A DNA stretch of 64,000 nt from NCBI GenBank assembly GCA_028023455.1, contig JAQFVV010000002.1, positions 4,898,001 through 4,962,000 of the forward strand, read 5' to 3'. Source of the DNA: Epiperipatus broadwayi (taxonomy: Eukaryota; Animalia; Onychophora). Position 1 is the first letter of the stretch. Each line of letters opens with the position of its first letter. Of this stretch, positions 53,485 through 64,000 are shown piece by piece. A program made the position numbers and the translations under genes. A model generated the notes under the pieces. The model worked only from the letters and a program-made list of their open reading frames with translations, ran no database searches and was not told where the DNA came from.

Positions 53485-56400
53485 ATATAAATAATTGCAG
53501 CCTAAAAAAAAAGTAATAAAAAAAGCAAATTATTTATAGTTATAAAATTGCACAATTAAAAAACCAAACAAAAGTGACATAAATTGATTGATAAAAGTAT
53601 AAATTGTCGTGTATATGTGTACATACTAGATATAAAGTATATGCTATTTAAATACATTGATTTTAAAAATAAATAAAATGAAAAGTATATCAATACATTT
53701 TAATCACATTATTAAATACTTTATATATACTTTGTAATAAATGAAAAATAGTAAAATTATAAGTTTTATTATGGAAAGGGAAAAGATAAATTAATTTTAT
53801 CACTATGCAAATTAATTTGTATGATTTATAAAAATGTATAGTATTTTGTGACTCTTTTTAATTCACCTGCTGAATGGGATTTTAAACAAATAATTTACTT
53901 GTAACTTATAGAAAATTGAATGGCAAATCTGAATATGTTATTGAAAATTGTGAGTTGTTACTTAAATTAAAAAAGTTAATGGGCAATTTTTAGATTAATA
54001 ATAATTTTTTCTTTCTTCCCAGCATTAAAATCAATCAATAAATAAAAGTATTTGTTCATTCATTTATAAAAATAATGGTATAATTTAAAAATAGTTGTAA
54101 AAATTATTTGTTTTCACATGCTCTCTGTGATAGGAAGTTGTTTTTAGATAAAACTGATAAGAATTTTTGGAGTATAAATATATCAAAAATGAACAATTAT
54201 GCCAGTCTAGTCTATTTCAAATCTTAACTCAAGAAGCAGTGATCCCATAAAGAAAAAAATAACCACCAGTTAAAACAGTTTTCTACCATAGTTAAGATCA
54301 CCATACCTTATTGATATTAAAAGTATTTTTTCACCACAGCAAGTGTGGTAACAGAAAACTATTAAACATGTATGCCTATAAAACTAACCAACACATCAGT
54401 CAAAACACTGCAAGTGATGCAGTCAGATCCAGAAACTAATGCTGAAGTTTGCTAAAACCAGCTATTGTCTGCTTTAATCATACCACAAGAAAATACTGTA
54501 AGACCTAACAAGATCTATGGTATATCTTACAATAACATCACCAATGCTCAAGAAAGACAACTAATAGTGACTTATTTATAAATATAGTAAAAGAATGATA
54601 TCTCCAAAAAAGGCCTTAAGTATAAAATATCTCTAATAATTGTTATTTTTATTATCTTTACTATTTTGTATTATAATTGTTACACTTAGTAATAGTTGTT
54701 AATATATAAACAACAGTTTTATATATCTATTGCTAATAAATTGTTAACATTATTAATAATAATCAATTTAATTGGTTTTCACTTATTGAATTCACTCCAA
54801 CATCATGTTATTAACTTACATATACTATTAATATATACAACCCTGAAAAATCATGCAATCTATTTGAGGAAATGATTCCAAAAATAGACTTTTTATATAT
54901 TTAATTTAACCTTCAGTGCAGGTTATAAATCATTGTCATCATCACAGATGTTTGGTTAATATTATTGTATATTTTTGAATTTAATTCTTTTTTGAATATA
55001 TATTAATCATTTATAAATAGAAATATTTGTGTTTTTGCACATCTAATGTTCTGTTATATTTGAAGCATCCCCAAAAATTGTTATATTCGCCACAACATAT
55101 CATGTGCCCTGAACATGGCCTCTCTTCTGCTTGACTTCACTTCTGTACAGTCACATAATGTACTGAATATGAGAGTGTGGCTAAATTGAGCAAATTGTGG
55201 TGCATAATAATTAACATGCAATAAGTGTTGGAATGAGAAATAAAATTAGCATTTATAAAAAGTATACATACTAACATCTTATTAAAGCAGTAGTTTTAGT
55301 CTCAATAAAGCAGGATAATTTTTAATAAATTTCAAGATATTAAAAAAAAAGATAAATAATAAGGCAGATATATCAAAATTATATGGAGATTGTATAGTAT
55401 TGTATGGTGTGTTTATTCAAAGATAGAGCATATGTAAACAAATTTAAGTTTATAAACCTGCATAATAATGGTAACTATAAAATTAATAGTATAATTAAAA
55501 AGAGCATTATAGAACCTTTACTTGCATATTTAGATGATAACACATTCAGTAACAAAAAAAGGAAGCACAATTAAACATGGATGCATTAGCAAATAATGAA
55601 AAAGAATTGAAAGAAAGTAACAAACACTTGAAGAATCACATTCACAACATGAGAAAACACAACAAAGAAATCAAAAAATGCAGCAAAAAGTATTTGAAGA
55701 GAAGCAACAAAATAAAGAATTTTAAAAAGTACCTCAAAAATGAAAGGCAAGTTTGAAGTGGTACAAGTGATAATAAGCATCATGAAGTTGAAAATAGCAA
55801 TTCCAATACAAGAGCAAAAACAATAGAAAATGATGTATATAGAAAGAAAATTACAAAATGATTTAAGAAGAAATGGTTCAAAAACTGATTGAGTCAAGTG
55901 AAAATAAGTTGAGGGAAAGTATGCAAGATATAGTAAAAAGAATAAAAAAAATGGAAGTGAGAGACGTGAAGAAAGATGATGATAAAATTCAAAATTTACA
56001 CTCAAAGGAAAATTCTAAGAGACTGAAGAGAAGAAACAAAAACCTCAGAAAGAAATTAAAATAGATTATGCTATGATGAAAGAAGATACACAAAACTGTT
56101 TTGCAGATTGAACAAAATGAACTAGTGAAGACAGCAAAAGTGATACTATGAGGGATACAACATTCACAGGATAGCACAGAAATTATGAGACATCAATTTC
56201 CTCAAAATTTAGCTGTTCAGAAGTAAGGCAGGAGAGACTCTCATAGAACACCTTGATAGTTTGGAGAATTATTTTCAGTTAAACCATCTAACAGAAAGAA
56301 AAGAAGCAGCTATTGCTCATAATCTATCTACAAAGTCCTCTTAAATAATGGTGGAACTCATTAATAAAAAAAACAACCTCCTAGTCTGGATAAAGAGAGC

Positions 56401-59040
56401 AAATTTTGAATAATTTTTAGTCAGAAGAGTACAAAAGAAGGAATTCGGTATTAAATTATTCAGTAAAGATTTTGCAAAAGAGATGGTGAAAGTTATACCC
56501 AATTCTATCAAAGGCAAGTGTCAAAATTAAGGACATTGTCTGCATGAGGCATGTCAGAAAGCCAATTCATCAGGATTATTCGACATAATTTATCATTCTA
56601 TTTTGAACAGATATTATCAGCTCAGATTGAGAAACCAAAAAATAAATGGTTGAGATTTTAAATACTATTGACATGAGCCTCCAGAATCAGGAAGGTATAG
56701 ATAATGGCGATGATAAGTGTTACCCCAAACAAAATGATGCGTGAAACAGCTATTAGATATATTAATATAAATAAGCAAAAATTTCAATCTTATAAACACA
56801 AATGAAAGAGAAAAGGCACTGGTAACAGATATAGAAAATACATAGTACATTGTTTTAAAAAATTTCCAAGCCCAAGAAAGACAGACTCTTCAGAAAAATT
56901 CCTAGAGAAATTTATCACATCCAGTAGTAGATCTAGAAAATCAGAAAGAAATGCAGTTCAACATGAACTAATAAGGACTGACCCAGAAGATGTCAGAACA
57001 TATCTCAAATCCACATGAATGAGAACTCCATTGCCTCTGAAAAAGTATCTGAGTAAATATAAAACTTGATTTTTAGAAAAATAAAGAATATCTTATTCTA
57101 CTCTGGATATGCATTAAAAATCATAAACAATATAAAGAGAAAATTATGTACAATGTGTTAAGTTTTAAGATATATGACAATATAGAAAAAAAAAACAATT
57201 AAAATTACCAAAAGAACAGATTATCAGCTTTGCTCAAAAATAAGAGTGAATTTTATTGAAAATATTGGAAAAAAATAATCATAATTTAATTGATAATTTA
57301 AATAACTGTAAAACATATGACTAAAATAGTTAGATTAATTTCTGTGGAGAATAAAAAAAATTTCTATTAAAGTTTGTTTACACATGTTCCAATTCTAGTG
57401 ATATATTGGGACATTATGATATTATGTGATCTTTTGGTTGAATACTATTTCAGGTATTGCCAAAACACATCTTTGTCAAGTAGTTTACTCATCCACATGT
57501 AAAGATTAGAGGAAGCAAAGTATATATTGAATATTTGATGAATTAGAAGTTGAATATATTGGTATTATATTTGATTATTGATTTGTTTTGGATAGCTTAT
57601 TCATATACCGATATATTCATAAAACAACATTTATGAAAAATGACAGAAATGCAATTATAATTAAATAAATAAACTGAAGAAAATTTTGTATGAGATCTAG
57701 ATATGAGAAATAAAAAGATACACTGTTTCATTGCCTTTTTTTAAAGGGGAGACTTTTGACAGTATAAATAATTGCAGACCAAATTATATTTACAGTTATA
57801 AAGTTTCACAGTAAAATAAACAAAAAAGACATAGATTGATTAATAAAGGTACAAATTGTTATGAGTGTATGCACACATACTGGATATACCATACACATCA
57901 TTTAAATACTCTGATTTTTTTGAAAAAATGCAAAAAATGTCTACCAATACATTTTAATGATGCTATTAAAATATTTTTATAAAGGAAATATACTTTATAG
58001 TAAGTGATAAACAGTAAAAATAATAAGTCATTATGTAAAGAGAAAAGAAGAAATTGTTTTCACCACTACAAAAATGAACTTTGTGAAATTTATAAAAATA
58101 TAGTGTTTTATGACTTATTCTGCCTTGCATGCTGAATGGGAGTTTTAAATAAATAATTTACCCTTTCTTATAGCAAATTTAATGGCAAATCTGATTATAA
58201 TATTGCAAATTGTGGTTTTTAAAACTAAAAAAGTTATTAAGCAATTTTTAGAGATTGATAATAATTTTTTCTTGCTTCCTATCACCAATGTAAATAAAAA
58301 AACTATTTGTTCATTTACTTATAAAAATAATAATCTAATTTTAAAAAAAGATAAAATTATTTGTTTTTAGAACACATTTTCTGTAATTAATAATATATTT
58401 TCAGATAAAACTGATAATGCTTTTGTTTGGAAAACATCAACTGAGTACAATGATAATGTGAAAAACAGTAAGGAAAATATAAGTAGGTTCAGAAATGAAT
58501 AATTATGGGAATATAGTTTATTCCAAACATTAAGAAGCAGTGATTATATGTAAGAGAAGAGTCACCATTGGCTAAAACAGTTTTCAATTGTAGTTTGGAT
58601 CACCATGCTTTGCTGGCATTTAAAGTATTTTTCAATATTAAAATTCACCACAACAAGTATAACATTAGCAAGTGGAAGACTACCTAGCATGTGCAACTAA
58701 AAAATGAACCAACATAATCATCAAAGCACTGGGAGTGATGCAATCTGATGTGCATATTAATGCTGAAGTTTACTTAAACCAACCATTACCTCCTTTAATC
58801 ATGTCATGAGGAAAGAAGTAAAATATGCTGCAAAACCTAACAAGATCTATTGTATACTCTATAATAATATTGCCAATATGCAGGAGAACAACTATCATTA
58901 TGGATTAAGTAATAAAGAAATACCCAAGGTGGACAACTACCATTATGGATTAACTAATAAAAACATTCAAAAATATATGAAAAAAACATGGTTTTTAATT
59001 TTTTAATTTTTATACTTAGTAAGATCTTATCAATATACTT
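53485..59040 (+). repeat. Old ~1.25-kb direct duplication (53485-54710 and 57760-59040)
   Basis: Colinear shared blocks: tataaataattgcag; gctgaatggga..aatggcaaatctga; aagaagcagtgat; ctaatgctgaagttt; cctaacaagatctat. The copies are substantially diverged. Confidence 0.65.
55870..57070 (+). pseudogene. Degenerate gag-like ORF
   Basis: Lys/Glu-rich coiled-coil segment (ORF 55873-56064), then GETLIEHLDSLENYFQLN at 56231-56284 and WWNSL; homologous to 18636-18689. Confidence 0.5.
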
Positions 59041-60512
59041 ATTATAAGGACTTTGATTTAAAATATTGTGTAATGGTCAGATTTAACATAATTCATTTAT
59101 TTACATATTTTCCATTTTTTTTATTTACATAAATTGCACAAGTACCACCTGGCTTTAAGAATCAGAAAATAAATCAACACTTCCACATATAAACAATATT
59201 TTATTTAATATAATAATATAACCATTACACAGTCCCATTTGTAATACCAGGCTAAATCGCAGAGAACATGAATGATGGTAGACCACACAATCTTATATAA
59301 ACAAATCATATGATAATAATTTATTTACAAGTGTATCTATTAATTGATGTACAATCTATTTTCTTTAATAAATTAACAAATCATGTATCAGTAATTTATT
59401 TACAAAGTATAATCATTAATTGATATGCAATTTATTTCTTTAATAAAAATTTTTAATCTTTATTCATTATAGTATCAATATATTCATAGATAATATCACA
59501 TTCTTTGTACCTTTAACCCTGTTTTCAATAAACTTAAATGTAATTCAATATATGTATGAATTCATAAATATTTCTTTGACTCATGTCTTCTAGTACTTGC
59601 ATATATATATATATATGCTCAATATGGGAAAGACATCAATGCTATCTTTGTCATAATAATCATAAGGAATGGTCTTTTTAGATCCTAATTATAAACATAA
59701 CCGCTTATATAATGATAACTATAAAGCTATAGCCTTTTGATTCTAACCCTAACTGAATAAATCTTCTATATAATACTTATAAGGAATGGCCTTTTGGTTT
59801 TAAATGTTCTTTAATACAAATACAATTTATACAGGGATAACTCATTCTGAGATCAAACCCTCATTCTGAGATCAATCCCTAACTCTTTAAACTGATAGGA
59901 GTATATTCTTGCATAAGAATGTGAAGATATGTAAACTATTGAACATTGAACAAACAACTGAGCATATATAAATCCATCTACATAAAATCCAATTTTCAGT
60001 TAGTGGAATATAAGTTTAACTATCAACGAATGGGACTAATGGAAATAATTACATCATTAACTGCAATTATTTGTGATTTAGACATCTTATATGTGTGTTA
60101 CATTTATATGATTATTAATACTTCTTTACCATTTTTTCATAAATTAATAACTTATATAAAATTCATAAGCTTAATATACATATGTGATATATATATATTT
60201 AAAAATAATAATAACATGTAAAGGTAAGTTATTACAAATTTGTTTCTTTTTTTTAAAATTGACAGTTTGTTTCAAATTAATATCTGGATAACAAATATTA
60301 TTTACAAATTTAGAATAGTTAAAATAAAGTACAAATTAGACTTTGATTATAAGACTCAGCAAAATAAAATAATTGTCATTTACTTTTTTTCTGACAAATA
60401 TTAAAAGTTAAAACAGGCAAAACTCACCATATATATCGCCACACACAGCAAGCTAGAGTAATCAATGGATGCCAGAAGGCTTGTGCATAAAATCCCCATC
60501 TAGTGTCTACTC

Positions 60513-60571
60513 ATCCAATATCCCCAGACTAGTTTCTGGCTTATGGCCTTCTTCAGTGAGGAGCCTCTGAT
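60513..60571 (-). ncRNA. Type I hammerhead ribozyme (family A), intact core
   Basis: Minus strand reads tcctca-CTGAAGA-a-ggc-cataa-gcc-a-GAAA-C-TA-GTC-tgggga. It has CUGANGA, GAAA and a GUC triplet, a 6-bp helix I, and a 3-bp helix II with an A.A mismatch at its base. Confidence 0.75.
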
Positions 60572-60996
60572 CTGAGAGCACTGCACCTAGATCTTAGGAT
60601 CTAATGCAACCCTCCAGCAACCACCTTTATCTCCATTTAACAACAAAACTATGAGTCTTAAACTGAAAACACCTTAATGTTTTCAATCCAAGCCCATCAG
60701 CTTATATAGTCATATGGGTCTGAATCCAGTTCAGTACCCATACATTTTGGTGTCTTTGGCTCTTTAATAACCATAGCCACCATTATCCTATTAGGCAGGA
60801 TTGGTTTTAAGCTAATAAACATCACATGACCATCACCCCTTATGCTTGCGTATAACTGTTGTTAAAACAGGCAAAACTCACTATATATACTGCCACACAC
60901 AGCAAGCTAGACTCATAATTTTGTAGTTAAATAGAGATAAAAGATGGTTGCAGGAGGATTGCAGTAGATCCTAAGATCTAGGTGCAGTGCTCTCAG

Positions 60997-61052
60997 ATCC
61001 AAGGCTCCTCACTGATGGTCATAAACCAGAAACTAGTCTGGGGATATTGGAT
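60997..61052 (+). ncRNA. Type I hammerhead (family A) with a 3-nt core deletion
   Basis: atccaa-ggc-tcctca-CTGA(del TGA)-tggt-cataa-acca-GAAA-CTA-GTC-tgggga-ta-ttggat. Helix I is extended with a GGC/UA internal loop. Confidence 0.65.
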
Positions 61053-61447
61053 GAGTAGGCACTAGATGGGGATTTTATGCACAAGCCTTCTGGCATCCAT
61101 TGATTACTCTAGCTTGCTCTGTGTGGCAATGTATATAGTGAGTTTTGCCTGTTTTATCAACAGTTATACATAAGCATAAGAGGTGATGGACATGAGATGT
61201 TTATTGGCTTAAAACCAATCCTGCCTAATAGGATAGTGGTGGCTATAGTTATTAAAGAACCAAAGACACCAAAATGTATAGGTACTGAACTGGGTTAAGA
61301 CCCATATGACTATATAAGCTGATGGGCTTGGATTGAAAACACTAAGGTGTTTTCAGTTTAAGACTCATAGTTTTGTGGTTAAATGGAGATAAAATGTGGT
61401 TGCTGGAGGGTTGCATTAGATCCTAAGATCTAGGTGCAGGCTCTCAG

Positions 61448-61506
61448 ATCTAAGGCTCCTCACTGATGGAGGCCATAAGCCAGAAACTAGTCTGGGAATA
61501 TTGGAT
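61448..61506 (+). ncRNA. Type I hammerhead (family A), A9G variant
   Basis: atctaa-ggc-tcctca-CTGATGG-a-ggc-cataa-gcc-a-GAAA-CTA-GTC-tgggaa-ta-ttggat. Confidence 0.65.
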
Positions 61507-63527
61507 GAGTAGGCACTAGATGGGGATTTTACGCACAAGCCTTCTGGCATCCATTGATTACTCTAGCTTGCTGTATGTGGCAATATATATATAGTGAGTT
61601 TTGCCTATTTTAGCAACAATTATACACAAGCATAAGAGGTGATGGTCATGTGATGAAATATTAAAAGTTCATTTAGAGTGATAATATAGTCTTGTATTTT
61701 CTAACTATCTTTTAAATAAGCCCATTTCTTCATTTCAGCCACTTTTTTCCCTTTTAAAGAATAATTTTACTTTTACTATCTTAAATTATGTTCCAAACTT
61801 ACATGGGTGTGAAGTGATCACATACCTTTTCATAATCTGATTGAAATACATTTTTATCACATGGATCTTACAATGTCTAAACACTTACTTTATGATTTTA
61901 AATCATCTGTTCACTATTATCATGTTACTTTTTTTTTATAAAAACAATCAATATTTTAGTTTCATTATTAATTAATACTAACTCATATCTCCCATTATTT
62001 TATTACTTTTCTATCCCTTATTTCTCATTATCATTATTCAAGAATTTTTTATATTTTTTTAAATTAATTTTTAATCTATTAATACATGACATCTACCTTT
62101 GCATCATCGTGACCCTCAATCTTTATGGTTCATTGCAGTGATCAAGTACCAGAACTCACAGCTGAAAATTCCAGAATTCCTTCCCAGTTGAGTAACATAA
62201 TTTTAAAAAATCAGACCTAATTAATTGAATTATACTATTAAATATTTAATCTGTCATTATGATTCTCAAATGTTATTTGACGTTTTGAGAAATGTATATC
62301 ATATGAATACCAATATGGTCATTAGTTGGCATATATATTTAAATAATTACTAATTCTGATTATAAACAACCTATCATTTAACTTTAAATATGCTGACAAA
62401 CCTCTGCCTTCAAAATAATATAATTTTAAATATTCTTTATTTTTTTTTACTAAAATTCAGCTATCTTATTTAATCTATATATTAGCTTTTTAAAAAAATT
62501 ATCTCTTGACATTCAATTCACCACCTTTTTTTAGATTATTCATAATCCTCTAGGATTTTATATGACTGTTCTTCCAATACTTTTTAATTTTAAAGACATA
62601 ATGTTAACAATTGTCACTGTATTAATGGACTCAGTCCTAAAAAGTATGCCCCTGTTTTTGTAGCTTTAATTTTATTTTTTTCTATAAGTTGTAGCCTTCA
62701 AATTCATCATTAGTAGAATAGAAGGTATATGTGTGGAGATATTGTTTTCTACATAAGTAATAATTTACTGGAAATAGAAACAAACACATAGTTTAAAGTT
62801 AAAAATTAGAAAAAATAGAAACCACAAAAATAAACAAACAAAATATATAAAGATATTTGAATCTGAAATATAATTTAATAAATTGCTTAAATATTGTATT
62901 TGCTGGTTTCAGTTATTTTTATGTGACTGATTCATTATCTTGCTGATAACACACGGAAAAAATTTATGTATTTTATAATTTACCAAATCAAAAACATAAA
63001 CTTTAATAAGTTTGCTACATCATTAAATTGAAAAAAAAAATTACAAAGTTTAAAGATGACTTATTTTTTCTCAAAATGTATACATGGAAGACTCAGTCAG
63101 AATTACAAAATTTAAAACCAGATAACTTAATTGAATATATAAAAAAAACTTTATTTAGAAATAATATAAATAAATATAATAGTTACATAAAATAAGATCC
63201 TATTACAACATAATAAATAATGCTGATAAAAGTAAATTTATTTAAATCAAGAGTAAAGATAATGTAACATGATGCAAATTACAACATTGAATATTACCTT
63301 TCAAGATGTTAATCACAGGTATATAGGCATAACTGAGGAAATGTAAATATGAGAAGATATACATTAATCTTTTTTATCTCATCAATACGATAGCCTAATA
63401 ACATTTCATAGATATGGTTTCAGCCAGCAATAATGTAAATACAGTAAAACTGGTGAATACATGTCCTAATATATAAAATGAATACAATCTAATTCTTATT
63501 GCAGCAAGCTTAAGCAAATATAAAGAA

Positions 63528-63719
63528 CTAAACATCACATGATCGCTATCTCATACTAGCACATAATTGATGATGGCCACAAGCCAGAAACTAGTATGGG
63601 GATATTGGATGAGTAGGCACTAGATAGGAATTTTATGTGCAAGCCTTCTGGCATCCATTGATTTCTCTTGTTGGCACAAGATGGCACTAATGTATGGAGA
63701 GTTTTGCTTTGTTTAATAA
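63528..63719. mobile_element. Family A fold-back insertion whose sense arm starts at the HHR core
   Basis: A short inverted 3' end (63528-63566) is followed by TTGATGA-tggc-cacaa-gcca-GAAA-CTA-GTA-tgggga (63567-63602). A 13-bp TSD caaatataaagaa lies at 63515-63527 and 63720-63732. Confidence 0.88.
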
Positions 63720-64000
63720 CAAATATAAAGAAGTTTGAACTAAAAAAAAAAAACCTAATTCTTAATTTAGTTGAATGTTTTATAATTTGGAAAAAACAGA
63801 TGTACATATAAAAGCACACACAGATAATTATTTTATATAAATATTGGAATAATATTTTAGATTCCAAAAATAGGATTACTGAATTGGAATAATATGTTTA
63901 CACATATTGACAATGTTTAAAAATTGTTACATAATAGAACTCGGTATTATCAGATTTTAAAAGTTAATGTTTGCACTACTTTAGACAAAATATTTTTAAA

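Larger units (their letters stand above)
60410..61655. mobile_element. Family A best-preserved locus: 1.1 antisense units plus ~1.65 tandem sense units
   Basis: A 14-bp TSD aaatattaaaagtt lies at 60396-60409 and 61656-61669. The orientation switches at ~60908-60910 (aga microhomology). Unit period is ~455 bp (GAAACTAGTC at 61029 and 61483). Confidence 0.92.

Noticed and set aside
59640-59885. ctaaccctaac telomere-like motifs and a 20-bp tandem duplication
   Set aside because: Only 1-2 units are present; this is local slippage, not an interstitial telomeric array.
1306-63867. The many 60-140-aa ORFs in the supplied track
   Set aside because: They are low-complexity F/I/L/Y/K-rich translations expected in AT-rich DNA, many with non-ATG starts and no recognisable domains. 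63556-63867 is simply the antisense of a family A copy, and 55586-56005 is antisense to the gag-like relic.

Overview
This is strongly AT-rich eukaryotic DNA, probably an invertebrate intron or intergenic region (inference). I found no intact host gene, and the window is a dense mosaic of transposon relics. Conventional elements: a Buster-type hAT DNA transposon with both terminal inverted repeats (TIRs) but a frameshifted transposase (24.6-28.2 kb); an older GTF2IRD2/SPIN-like hAT pseudogene (10.1-11.8 kb); a TTAA-flanked piggyBac-type MITE; two mutually homologous gag-like relics; non-LTR retrotransposon fragments; a tRNA-Gly-like retrocopy; local tandem repeats. The main signal is a set of small non-coding retroelements carrying type I hammerhead ribozyme (HHR) motifs. 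Family A has a ~455-bp unit and occurs at 8 loci. Its HHR consensus is tcctca-CTGATGA-tggc/gcca-GAAA-CTA-GTC-tgggga. It forms tandem arrays and, at almost every locus, a fold-back (antisense arm + sense arm), flanked at five loci by 10-15-bp target-site duplications (TSDs). At least three unrelated HHR families (B, C, D) also occur: B and C are fold-backs, and C and D have clear TSDs. D has a compensatory A3:U8 core variant. This resembles Penelope-like pseudo-LTRs or non-LTR retrozymes mobilised in trans; no RT/GIY-YIG partner is visible in the window. All alignments and folds were done by eye.
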